Assembly: GCA_964016885.1 (NCBI GenBank)
Contig: OZ024741.1
Span: 45,384,001 to 45,448,000 of the forward strand
DNA from: Eledone cirrhosa
Taxonomy: Eukaryota
Length of the DNA: 64,000 nucleotides
Reading direction: 5' to 3'
The position numbers and the translations under genes are program-made. The first letter of the stretch is position 1. Each line of letters begins with the position of its first letter. Below the pieces are notes generated by a model. It had not been told where the DNA came from. It saw only the letters and a program-made list of their open reading frames with translations, and did not search any database. Positions 51,757 to 64,000 of this stretch are shown here, in pieces.

Positions 51757-52826
51757 ATGGAACGAGGGTCGAGTAGGGGGAATTGGGACAGGTGTAGTAG
51801 ACGCATAGCTGATACAACCCTAGCTATCGAGGGTAACCCCAATAGCCGCACGGGGGTTACACCGCCCTGGAGACTTGGGACGATTCCGAACACAATCGTG
51901 ACACCCCAGGACACCACCGACCCACAGGTAATTTCCAGTTACAATAAACTGGATACTACTAGGGTAAGTGGTAATTCTAATATAGTTAGTAAGAACAGGA
52001 GGCATCGGACCAGAAAAGTCCTGTGGTTTAATCCCCCTTACTCCACTGGCCTGACCACTAGTATAGCTAAGCTTTTCTTTAGGGCTTTAGACAATTGCTT
52101 CCCCAGATCGCACAGATATTATAAAATATTCAATAGAAATACTATCAAGCTGTCCTACTCCACAACTAGATAGATAGCTCAGAATATAGCTAAGATGAAT
52201 TTTAGTAGACTTAAGACAGCCAATGAGGGATTTAGGAATGGCAGGAACAATGGCAGCTATATTGAGGAACTGACTCATACACGTGAGGCTAGTCGGGTCG
52301 CCCCTACCTGGGGAATTTACCCATAGAGCAAACTGGAACTGAGACCCGAGCCCAAAGGTACCGTGGTCCATCCCGAACCACCCAGATCGATAGCAGAAAA
52401 TGCAACTGCAGAAGCACCGCCACCTGCCCCTTGGCTGGGAATTGCCTTACCAAAAACATAGTCTACGACTGTAAGGTCTCCACTCCTGATAGAACCTTTA
52501 GGTATGTTGGGGCAACTGCCACGGAATTTAAGGATAGATGGTATAATCAGCGCCATCCCTTTAATAGATTAGATAATAAAAATAGCACGGCACTTTCGGA
52601 ATTAGTCTGGAAGCTTAAACTTCAGAATATAGAACACTCCTTATCCTGGTCCATAGTTTGTTCAGCCCAACCTTATAACGGCAGCATTGGCGTCTGCAAT
52701 TTATGTATAGCTGAAACTTTCAATATTATTAGAGGCGGCCCCCTATTAATTAATAGAAGAGCAGATTTTTTCAGCAACTCTCAACATAGAACCTCAAAAA
52801 CCTTCCGCAGGATTTTTGGAAGGTAA
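51757..52826 (+). pseudogene. P3 linker plus GIY-YIG endonuclease (stops and a frameshift)
   Basis: ORFs 51757-52173 and 52431-52826; NIVY...YVGAT, CNLCIAE. Confidence 0.85.
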
Positions 52827-53483
52827 CTTACCAATAACTCCTCCCTCTCTACTTTAGCCCTAGAGTCCTCTCAATAAACGGACAGTCACACACTTAGGTA
52901 GTTAGACGGCTAAGATTGTTTGCGCACTTGCAAAGATACTCGGCATGTTTCCACGGAGTTCTCATAGCTGAGTGCTCTCTTTTAGAATACCTAGCTAGTA
53001 AATAGTTAGATTGATTACACACTTAGTTAGGACCGATTACGCTCCCTTTACATAGCTCTACACACAGTACCCGCTTCCTTTAGACATTGAGCTCCCACAT
53101 TTACGAATGTCACGTTCCTACCGACTGAACACTACACCAGGTTTTGATGCGTGATCATCTAACGATGGAGGACTCACTGTTACGGATTGAACAATAATAC
53201 CGACACACCACTAATGGGCCTACACACATTCACTGTCCTGTATTTTCTTACTTCACCTTCTATGCTGAATAACACACCTCCACCACTCAAACAACTATCT
53301 TAAAAGCTCTTTGGCCCATGCGGCGGGAGATCGCACTTGCGGCCTCATTTACCCTATACCCAACCCTACATAGAGCCCTTTGCCGGCCCACACTGCAGTT
53401 GCTTGCACGCACTGATTTGGTGGTTCTGATTCTCAACTGGACAGCGGTACACAAGGAGTTCGGCATGAGTTGATTGCTTGCTC

Positions 53484-53956
53484 TTCACATGGATGTGTAT
53501 ATACCCGGACACCCCCCCCCCCTTTTTTTTTGACGATTCGGATGTGTGTATACCTTTTACCATAACACACACTTGAAGATATGGATGTTACAATTGGATC
53601 TATACACGTATAGCAGAACATTGAACTGAACTTACTTGCGCGCACGCACGTGTGTGTGTGTGTATGTGTGTAGCGTTGGTTAACCCAATATTTCCAATCT
53701 ACATCGTCAAATTGAGCTTTTCACATGGATGTGTATATACCCAGACTTCCCCCCTCCCCCCATTTTTTGGCTGATTCGGATGTGTATATACCATTTACCA
53801 TAACACACACTTGAAGATATTGATGTTACAATTGGATCTATACACGTACAGCAGAACACTGAACTGAACTTACTTGCGCGCACGCGCTTGTGTCTGTGTG
53901 AATGTGTGTGTATCGTTGGTTAACCTAATATTTCCGATTTACATCGTCAAATTGAG
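53484..53956. repeat. Tandem duplication of about 236 bp in the P3 3' region
   Basis: ttcacatggatgtgtatataccc ... acatcgtcaaattgag occurs twice. Confidence 0.9.
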
Positions 53957-54425
53957 ATTTGACCGACATAACTTCTGTTGCTTTACGAACTAACTTTTCG
54001 GTGAGTGCTGTGTTGGTACATTCTTATATGTGCTTTTTCTCGAATATCGCTTCGGTGTGTGTTGGGGTGTATGTGTGCCCACCCACGCTAATTCTGCGGG
54101 TTTAATACTGTGTTGATGTGTGTATATATATGTATTTATTTTTATGTTTATTTTTATTTTTATTTGACCTCGAGCCGATGTATGCGGGTGTGGAGTGTGT
54201 GTGTACCCACTCACTTCTAACTGTGACTGACTGCATCCCTACGGATTTGTTCGTTGTCCAGCGTCTTTTGCAGCGATAGAAGTCTGAAAACTTTTATGAC
54301 CTCACCTTAAGCTAATAGCAGTCGCCTTATCTCTGACTGACTGGTGTGTCTCCATATGAGGGAATGAATTATGTGAGGAAACAGTTTTTTCTCCCTCATA
54401 TCAAGTATTTGAAGACAATTCATTT

Positions 54426-54499
54426 TCACCTGATGAGATCAGTGATAATCGATCGTGACTTCACAATCGATCTATCTCTTATTGAAACATGTGTCGTGA
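54426..54499 (+). ncRNA. Type I hammerhead of P3
   Basis: ucac CUGAUGA [extended stem II] GAAA caugug UC guga, overlapping AUUAAA. Predicted cleavage after 54495. Confidence 0.85.
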
Positions 54500-54540
54500 T
54501 TAAATGATTGGAATTTTACATTGCCTTCGGTTTTTCATTT

Positions 54541-54588
<48 letters not shown>

Positions 54589-54621
54589 GGAGGGTCATGT
54601 TGCCAATATATATATATATAT

Positions 54622-55295
54622 TTAGTTAGAGAAGCAAAAAATTGCTTATTGTGATCCAGTTTTGGGTTAAGAAAGCCAGTTTCATGGATGGTTTCAACGT
54701 AAGGTTAGGGGTAACTCCACAAGTTTGTAAGAATTCCGTTCAATCTTGGAGTATAAAGTATAAAAGAGAAAAAACACAGGTAAGCATTAAGAGAAGGATT
54801 TTATCCATGTATTTACGACCGTTTCATTGGTAAGTGCAACCTTATATTGCTATACTGCAAATAGCAGCCACTCAATTATAATTGTTGTTCACAGTCCAAA
54901 TTTTCAAAATAGTAAGTTACTCTTGAAATAATTCTTAATATATAGAGAAAAACATTTATTTGGAATTGTATTTACTAGTATAGAGAGAGGAATCAAGAGG
55001 TGAAGGGACAGACGGAATAGTTCTCTCTCTATACTATTCCGTCTGTCCCTTCACCTCTTGATTCCTCTCTCTATACGAGTAAATACAATTCCAAATAAAT
55101 GTTTTTCTCTATATATTAAGAATTATTTCAAGAGTAACTTACTATTTTGAAAATTTGGACTGTGAACAACAATTATAATTGAGTGGCTGCTATTTGCAGT
55201 GTAGCAATATAAGGTTGCACTTACCAATGAAACGGTCGTAAATACCTGGATAAAATCATTCTCTTAATACTTACCTGTGTTTTTTCTCTTTTATA
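54622..55295. mobile_element. Non-coding fold-back element: arms 54759-55021 and 55033-55295, left tail, degenerate hammerhead at 55143-55244
   Basis: uauu UUGAAAA uuugg...ccaau GAAA cg-gu-cg UA aaua; the core is decayed. Confidence 0.65.
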
Positions 55296-55579
55296 TATAT
55301 ATTTATTCAGGTTTGAGGTTCACCACTGGATAGAGCTGATCTATTCCGTATGGTCAATCGCAATGTAATATTATAGAGAGTACTCAACGTAAAGCAGTTC
55401 AATCGTCTTTGTTTATGTAGTTGGTGGTGCTAGTACGGAGTGAAATATTATAATGAAATGACAGGAGGCTGGATTTGGGCGACCGGCTTAAGTAGAAGGT
55501 GCTGGATAGCGTTCGCCCTCGGGTCATCGATTTTCAGCCCCATGGATTTTATCTATTACATTCACGTATTATATTTCGA

Positions 55580-55637
55580 ATACCTGATGATATCACCGGA
55601 TTCATACGGAACCCGGTCATTGAAATGATCATAGTAT
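55580..55637 (+). ncRNA. Type I hammerhead in a short fold-back element (about 55305-55693; arms 55445-55477 and 55661-55693)
   Basis: auac CUGAUGA uaucaccgg...ccggucauu GAAA ugauca UA guau AAUAAA, with a palindromic stem III. Confidence 0.8.
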
Positions 55638-55688
55638 AATAAACCTTTCAAGGATTTACACAAATCCAGCCTCCTGTCATTTCATTAT

Positions 55689-55797
<109 letters not shown>

Positions 55798-55803
55798 ATA
55801 TAT

Positions 55804-55878
<75 letters not shown>

Positions 55879-56076
55879 GTGTATATGTGTGTGTGGCTAT
55901 GCATATATATATATATATAAATATATAAGAATTAAAATACTAGCGTGTGTTGGAGTTAAACACCCTCTCCGTATTATAGAAATGACAGTAAAGGTATAGC
56001 TCAATGTAATTAAACAGAGCTGAAGAATTATGAAAATAAACCAAAGAAGTCTTCAATACATCAAAAGTCTTTATTA

Positions 56077-56114
56077 GCCAACAATGTTTCGTCCTATTAA
56101 GGACTCATCAGGGC
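56077..56114 (-). ncRNA. Minimal type I hammerhead of P4, left arm
   Basis: Exact reverse complement of 61715-61752. Confidence 0.85.
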
Positions 56115-57980
56115 AATTAAAGCTATAAGAAGCACTATCGGCCAATACAAGCCGAAAACTCAGAAGAATATGGAGTGTACATACATTAAAGCATAGGAAA
56201 ATTATCGGGTAAAAATTATCAAGTAAAAATTGCTAAGGAAGTGAATAAAATTTTGAACCATATTACAAATATAGTCCAATGCAAAAACTAAAGCTAAACA
56301 AAGGTGGTGATATAGAGCGGGAATTATTGTACTCTATATAATATAACATAATATAATATAATATAATATAATTGATAATGATAATAATAATAATATTAAA
56401 AGGCCCAATATACATATATATATATATATATACATATATATGTACACATATATACATATATATCAATACACATTTCCATCAATACAAGCACAAACTAACC
56501 CTTATTAAGAGTTTAAATATAAATAAGAATAAGAATAAAAGTAAAAATAAAAATAAAAATAAAAATAAAAATAAAAATAAAAATAAAAATTAAAAAAATA
56601 AAAATAAAAATAAAAATAAAAATAAAAATAAAAATAAAAATAAAAATAAAAATAAAAATAAAAATAAAGATAAAAATAAAAATAAAATTAAAAATAAAAA
56701 TAAAAATAAAAATAAAAATAAAAATAAAAATAAAAATAAAAATAAAAATAAAAATAAAAATAAAAATAAAAATTAAAATTAAAATATAATATATATTATT
56801 TACAGTATAAAATGAAGAAGAAATGATTAAAAGTAAACAATATATAATAAACTATATAATTATATAATAGATAATCTCCGGTTAATTTGCACAAACAATA
56901 TAAATGTTACAATAACACTATAATAACAATATTATAATATAATGGCATATAACTTAAATCATATAGAATTACAGACCAGGTGAGAAAAAATATTGTACAG
57001 AACTAAATTATGTTGGTACAAAAATTATAAAAATATAAACATATTACAGAATTTACAAAATTTAACATAACATAATGGTACATTTACTAATCGGTAAATA
57101 ATAAAGGTCAATAGTACGTTTACAAAGAGTGGAATAACAACTTTAATATAAAATATTGAACATAGTATAATATAATTACGTGGTTGGTGGACAGACATAT
57201 GTGAATAAGTGAATAAGAGCCAGACAGAAAACTACGCACGGTAGTATAAATATATAAATAAAATCAACCAGAAATCGAAAAACAAAAACAAAAGTATTTA
57301 TTTAGGTGTCACATGCAGTTAAGTAAAAAATTTTAGGAAACAAACCCGGATAAATGACTAGAAAACCCTATTAAATTAATTAATATTGAAAATATTTAAA
57401 ATACATAATAAGTCAATACAATATTAGCTATGGTTTAAGTAATCAAAATCTCCAAAGTTTAAGATATCACTATAAAAATATCTAGAAAAGAATGAAATAT
57501 TTTACTATCAGTTGCATAACGTTATCTAATAAACGGACTTTAAATAGAATTATGGTAGGCCAATGGGGACAGAAAAAAGAAATGTATGATGGATACGAAG
57601 GAGCATAAAATCATAATCAATATATTGTATTATACAATAGAAAGGAGCATAAAAGGGAATTGAATATAATTATAGTATATTTGAAGGGGCGAATGACAAG
57701 TGTGTGTGTGTGGGGAGGGGGGTAAGGGTGCGGGTTAATTATCCAAAGAAGAATCCAAATAAAATAAAATAAAATAATATAAAATAAAATATATAATCAG
57801 ATATAAACCCATAAGGTGTTAATAGTGAAAATATAATATTTAAGAAGATAGATATGGTATGGTAGCCAACAGATTATGAAAGCTAGAATGAAAAGCTGTT
57901 AAAAGCCAATAATAATAATGATGATAATGATGGTGGTAAACAAAATGAACCTAAACTAAAAATATAAGGGAATATAGCAG

Positions 57981-60611
57981 CTAATGGATACAATTTACAC
58001 TACTAGAACCTTTAGGTTTATAATAAAAGTAAGAATTTGAAATGGCGTGGGGGCAACAAGAGAATATCTCAGACTTTCTATTAAGTAAGCTTTCCCTAGA
58101 GAAAATTATAGAGTGGGTCTCAAGGATACAGAGATTACAAAATTTAGTATGTGTTGAAAGGTTATTAGAGCGTGCTACTATACGCCAATTAAGGCTATAT
58201 TGTATATTAGTCCCCTTAAAATTAAAGCTGTGAGAATTAAACCTAGTCTTAAAAGTGTTAGATGTAGAGCCTATATATGTGCTATTAGAGGAATTAGTTT
58301 TAACTACACAAGCATAAACGATGTTCTTAGAGAGGCAGTTACCGTTTAAAGGGCAGTTAGCACTCACTCTACAGTTACACTTCCGGGTGCTATTGATCGG
58401 TTGAAGTAGTGATGCATCACGCGTAGGATTACTATGAGATAAGGTCTGCTCTGGTGGTAAGGCATTTACGGATCTATTATGACTAGTAGTACGTAGAGAG
58501 GAGTATCCATCCCTAATTTTCCCATTGTTAGTGCTAGCTAAATGAGAACTAATATTAGGGGTGGTAGAGAATGAAAGTTTAATTACATTTTTATTAAAAA
58601 TACTATGGTATTTATTAGCAGGAGGGAAATTTTTCTCTAAGATAGAAAAGAAAGACCTAGGGATGTTAGTTAATACTTCCTGATTATATGGCGGGTTAAA
58701 ATAAGTATTTAGTCTCCTTCTATTTTTATCCTTACCAACTCTACCGTTATCTAATATCCCATTATTAAGATTTGGGTTACTATAAGGACTAGTTAAAACC
58801 ACATTATTAGAATCAGCCGAAACTCCATTAAGTCTCTTTCTGTTTCTACCTTTAGTATATCTGCTGCTATCTGGAATCATATCAAAAGGATTAGGGCCAA
58901 TAGTAGGATCAGTAGAAACAACATTATTAGAATTAGATTTAGCAAAAGCATTACCACTGGGTGAGCGCTCAGAGGGCTCGACTTGATTCCTAGAAGTATT
59001 AGATTCCCTATTACGAGTCCGGTGGCTTAACTTATGGATGGGTTCAGATACACCTATGTGATTCTACGATTCTTATGCTTTCTACTCACATTCATGGCCA
59101 TATTATGGGATATTATGTTATTATTATTACAAGTAAGCGGAGACTTTCTAAGGTTACTATTATTATAATGTATTTTACCAGAGTAACCGGAGTTAGCTAG
59201 GGCATTATTATAGTACTCTACATGTGCATTAAATGTTCCTACGTCCTTAAAGAGTGTGGAAATCCTATTAGATACACCATTAATTATAGAGCTTATCATA
59301 GATTTGGGGTGGTTAGAATTGGGACTAACATAAGAGAGTATTTCATTAGGCTTATGGAAGGGTTTAAAACTATTAGTGACCAAGTCCAAAGTCACATCTA
59401 AAAAGTTGACCGCTCTATCGTTTCTATCTATCGTGATCGAAAGGTTATAGCTTTTAAAAAACTTATAAAGCTTCTTCTTATTATGCTCGACGTTGTTGGT
59501 GCTAGAGTTAATCACAAACAATGCATCGTCACGATAAAGTCCGCCTTTAAGGTGCGGAAAGGTAACATATAGTTCATTTAGGAGGAACAGCCCAACAAGA
59601 TCAGTTACCTGGGCCGAATCACTCGAACCCATTGTAACGTCGAAATTGTTGGGCGTGTTTTTACGGGTCAAAAATGTATCCTCAAAATTAATGATAGTTC
59701 TACGGGCTGCTAGTATAATATCTACCTGTGATCGTGTAAGGCTGGACACTCTCATGGCCAACATTAAGGCTTTATTAAGGAGGATGGGTGAAATCGATGT
59801 GTAATAGGCATCAATATCGAACTGGATAAACTTACTAGATTCAAGTTTATTAATACCAGAGAACCAATCTATAACCTCCTTAGTGTTCCCCCATAGGTTA
59901 AAATTAACCTTCTCCCTAACATCTGGTATAATAAGGTCAAGGATTTTTTTACTAATTATGGCTATATCACACTTAGAAGGACAGATGAGTCTAACAGAGG
60001 GATTACTAATGAAGTCTACCTTATGATCCTTAAGAGTGAATCTCGGTTCTCTAGGGTAATATAGCTGGGTATACTTATCGAGGCCAAGGTGCGAGACTAT
60101 CTTAAGACCCTCACTATTGATATGGTTCAAATTATCCTGCGTAGTCTTTTTATAATTTCTATGCAGCTCCTTATAAATAAAATCACGGTAAGCACTGTAA
60201 TCCATAGAGTATAGATTCTTAGTCTTATCAGCCGGGACAAGAATAGACTTATTCGCACTAAAACCCTTAACAATATTTTTAAGTCTAGACTGGAATTGTC
60301 AAACTTATTATAATTTCCATGTCTATTATATGGCCTATACTTAATATTTTTGACAAGGGAAAGTAAGTCATTTTCAAAATGATCTAATAGAACATTATGT
60401 GGTGGGCTCTTATAAGTTTTGAAGCCAAAGTTATTGAAATGAGTTCTATGCTTGGGGTCAGTCCTATTCCTATTAATATCATAGTGGAAAGCACGCCATC
60501 TAATCCTTTTTACGAAGGAGTTAACACTAGCAATTAATAGTTTTCATAAGTATTTCTAGAGGGGATAGGAATAATCTTCAGAGATAAAGGCAGGTAACTC
60601 TTTGTTAGCAT
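57981..60611 (-). pseudogene. P4 polyprotein: PLE reverse transcriptase plus GIY-YIG endonuclease, with frameshifts
   Basis: ATG at 60611 (MLTKSYLPLSLKIIPIPS); RIRWRA, ADKT, TLKDHK, QFDIDAYY, MGSSDSA, LYRDD, FLDV, CNC-x5-C, NIVY...YIGST, CNLC, CPH. Confidence 0.92.
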
Positions 60612-61035
60612 ACTGTCAGATATATATAAAGGCCAAAACACCAGTATATAGGAGGAAGCTCAATTTTTGTACCAACATAATTTAGTTCTGCACAATATTT
60701 TTTCTCACCCGGTCTGTAACTCTATATGATTTGTTAAGTTATATGCCATTATATTATATTATTGTTATTATAGTGTTATTGTAACATTTATATTTTTTCT
60801 CACCTGGTCTGTAATTCTATATGATTTGTTAAGTTATATGCGATTATATTATAATATTGTTATTATAGTGTTATTGTAATATTTATATTGTTTGTGCAAA
60901 TTAACCGGAGATTATCTATTATATAATTATATAGTTTATTATATATTATGTTTACTTTTAATCATTTCTTCTTCATTTTATACTGTAAATAATATATGTA
61001 TTATATTTTTATTTTTATTTTTATTTTTATTTTTA

Positions 61036-61066
<31 letters not shown>

Positions 61067-61296
61067 TTTATTTTTATTTTTATTTTTATTTTTATTTTTA
61101 TTTTTATTTTTATTTTTATTTTTATTTTTATTTTTATTTTTATTTTTATTTTTATTTTTATTTTTATTTTTATTTTTATTATTTATATTTAAACTCTTAA
61201 TAAGGGTTAGTTTGTGCTTGTATTGATGGAAATGTGTATTGATATATATGTATATATGTGTACATATATATGTATATATATATATATATTTATATA

Positions 61297-61427
<131 letters not shown>

Positions 61428-61714
61428 TGGGCCTTTTAATATTATTATTATTATCATTATCAAATATATTATATTATATTATTTATATTATATATAGTAC
61501 AATAATTCCCGCTCTATATCACCACCTTTGTTTAGCTTTAGTTTTTGCATTGGACTATATTTGTAATATGGTTCAAAATGTTATTCACTTCCTTAGCAAT
61601 TTTTACTTGATCATTTTTACCCGATAATTCTCCTGTGCTTTAATGTATGTACACTCCATATTCTTCTGAGTTTTCGGCTTGTATTGGCCAATAGTGCTTC
61701 TTATAGCTTTAATT

Positions 61715-61752
61715 GCCCTGATGAGTCCTTAATAGGACGAAACATTGTTGGC
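61715..61752 (+). ncRNA. Minimal type I hammerhead of P4, right arm
   Basis: gcc CUGAUGA guccu-uaau-aggac GAAA cauug UU ggc, then uAAUAAA. Confidence 0.85.
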
Positions 61753-61818
61753 TAATAAAGACTTTTGATGTATTGAAGGATTCTTTGGTTTATTTTCATA
61801 ATATATAAATATATATAT

Positions 61819-62515
61819 GTAAATATTTATAAGTCGTTTGGAAGCCTCGACAATGCAAATGGGTAAATCTCCGGGTAACAAGGTCCGGTGGTGGAGAGAG
61901 AGATATGTAAGTGGGTGTACGTTGAGATGCGTGGTGTGTATAAGATGTGTGAGATGTGTAGAATGAAGGGAAGAGTAAAAGAATAAAAATAATAATAACA
62001 ACACAAGAGAGAGAGTTACCTTGGGAGAGATTTAATAGTCCCTATATATTTCGGATTCACATCCATCAACTGGGGGTTTTTTCCGGGGTGGGGGAAAAGG
62101 TTGTCTGTCGGACAATTCGGAACGCGTCTTTCGCTGTTTGTTGATATTCAAATCAACAAACAGCGAAAGACGCGTTCCGAATTGTCCGACAGACATCCTT
62201 TTCCCCCACCCCGGAAAAAACCCCCAGTTGATGGATGTGAATCCGAAATATATAGGGACTATTAAATCTCTCCCAAGGTAACTCTCTCTCTTGTGTTGTT
62301 ATTATTATTTTTATTCTTTTACTCTTCCCTTTATTCTACACATCTCACACATCTTATACACACCACGCATCTCAACGTACACCCACTTACATATCTCTCT
62401 CCCCACCACCGGACCTTGTTACCCGGAGATTTACCCATTTGCATTGTCGAGGCTTCCAAACGACTTATAAATATTTACTTATTGTTCCACAATGCTTCAA
62501 GCAAACTTCAATACT

Positions 62516-62519
<4 letters not shown>
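61819..62519. mobile_element. Non-coding fold-back element: arms of about 325 bp centred near 62148, short right tail, degenerate hammerhead at 62222-62257
   Basis: Near-perfect palindrome; ccc CAGUUGAu ggau-guga-aucc GAAA uaua UA ggg, then AUUAAA. Confidence 0.65.
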
Positions 62520-62567
<48 letters not shown>

Positions 62568-62845
62568 CATCGTCGTTGAACATCTATCTTCCACACAAGC
62601 AGGTGTTTATACATTTATATAGATATCCAGGGATTGTAGGGCGGAGTTACACCAAAAGGTCCGGCGAGCTGTTGATTACAGAGTCGGGCTAGATCGATAC
62701 AGATCGAACCTTGAGCCGATCGATGGCGAAAGGCGCGTCACCAACCAATAAACGTAATGCAGGAGTAACCACTCGTCCTTGTTTTATTTTATTATATATA
62801 TATATATATGTGTGTGGGGGGGGGGTGCGTGTGTGTGTGTGCGTG

Positions 62846-62932
<87 letters not shown>

Positions 62933-63237
62933 GTGTGTGTGTATTTGTGTGTGTATATATATGGACTCTTTAGTAACGGAGGTAATAATGTGATGTTGCA
63001 ACAAATATAAAAATGGGGTTATCGATATGTAGTTGCAATTACAGTGGCATTAATACTGCACAGGCCATATCCAGTTACTTCTTGTACACTTCATTGTGAA
63101 ATGAGAGACGTTGGATTACGTGTGTACATTCGGTGTGTCAGCTGGACCTCAGTTTTCGATGTAACGCATTCATACGGACACATAAACAGATACACATACA
63201 CATAAATATACACACACGAACACACACAAACACACAT

Positions 63238-63326
<89 letters not shown>

Positions 63327-63595
63327 TATAAATGAAAAGTATAGAAATTGTTGTAGCGAGAACTAACAGTATTCCATAACATATATGCGACTATAGCGTC
63401 AAAATGGGAAAATAGTTAATATAAGATATGGGAAAAATAATTCAGACTCAATTCAAAAGGAATCAGTATATAGATTTATCCAACAGAATTTAGAGAAATC
63501 CAGGGAAAAATCAATAGAGCCTTAACTCATGATAAAACAAAGTCTAAAGTACTCAACCTTCAATTGGGACAACTTCAAATGCTCTGTATAGTCTT

Positions 63596-63651
63596 CATTT
63601 GTGCGATATGGGAATACACAAACACAGGGCCCACATATGTGTATAGAAATA

Positions 63652-63711
<60 letters not shown>

Positions 63712-63750
63712 TTAGAGATATATATATATATATAATATATGTATATATAT

Positions 63751-63784
<34 letters not shown>

Positions 63785-63841
63785 TATTTCTATACACATA
63801 TGTGGGCCCTGTGTTTGTGTATTCCCATATCGCACAAATGC
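63596..63841. repeat. Inverted repeat with about 62-bp arms around a (TA)n-rich loop
   Basis: catttgtgcg...aatatgca and tgcatatt...cgcacaaatg are reverse complements. Confidence 0.9.
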
Positions 63842-63855
63842 ATACATATATAAAT

Positions 63856-63902
<47 letters not shown>

Positions 63903-64000
63903 TTTTAATATAGATGAGATTCTACAGGACTACAACTGTTTCATTCTTTAGAAATTATCAGGAATCTGGGTATCAAAAAATAAATATGGTATTTATAGGC

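Larger units (their letters stand above)
51524..54543 (+). mobile_element. 5'-truncated Penelope-like element P3 between (TA)n tracts, without an inverted arm
   Basis: RT tail (YYNSALERAG), LWFNPPYS, GIY-YIG region and a 3' hammerhead. Confidence 0.85.

Noticed and set aside
63545-63600. Hammerhead-like fragments here and in the 12219 and 21779 arms
   Set aside because: There are too many core mismatches and no convincing stems.

Overview
AT-rich, microsatellite-dense eukaryotic DNA. The SINE type and repeat landscape suggest a cephalopod such as octopus, which is an inference. No complete host gene is recognisable; the window is mostly nested retroelements. (1) Seven L1/Tx1-clade LINE copies (APE-RT ORF2, CCHC-knuckle ORF1) fall into two target classes: three sit strand-specifically in (TTA)n and four sit in (TATC)n or at a single TATC site. 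One of them (32722-38342) has an intact 1145-aa ORF2 and an 18-bp target-site duplication (TSD). (2) Penelope-like elements (PLEs, RT/GIY-YIG, Hydra-clade-like) and many short non-coding fold-back relatives sit in (TA)n. Together they carry more than a dozen type I hammerhead ribozyme motifs, most just upstream of AATAAA/ATTAAA. (3) There are also tRNA-derived SINEs, an RTE-like 3' fragment and a duplicated candidate terminal exon. The most notable signals are the hammerhead fold-back elements, the (TTA)n versus (TATC)n targeting, a conserved AG/GTAAGT motif overlapping the ORF1 stop, and a visible ORF1-swap junction at that motif. All alignments and RNA folds were done by eye.
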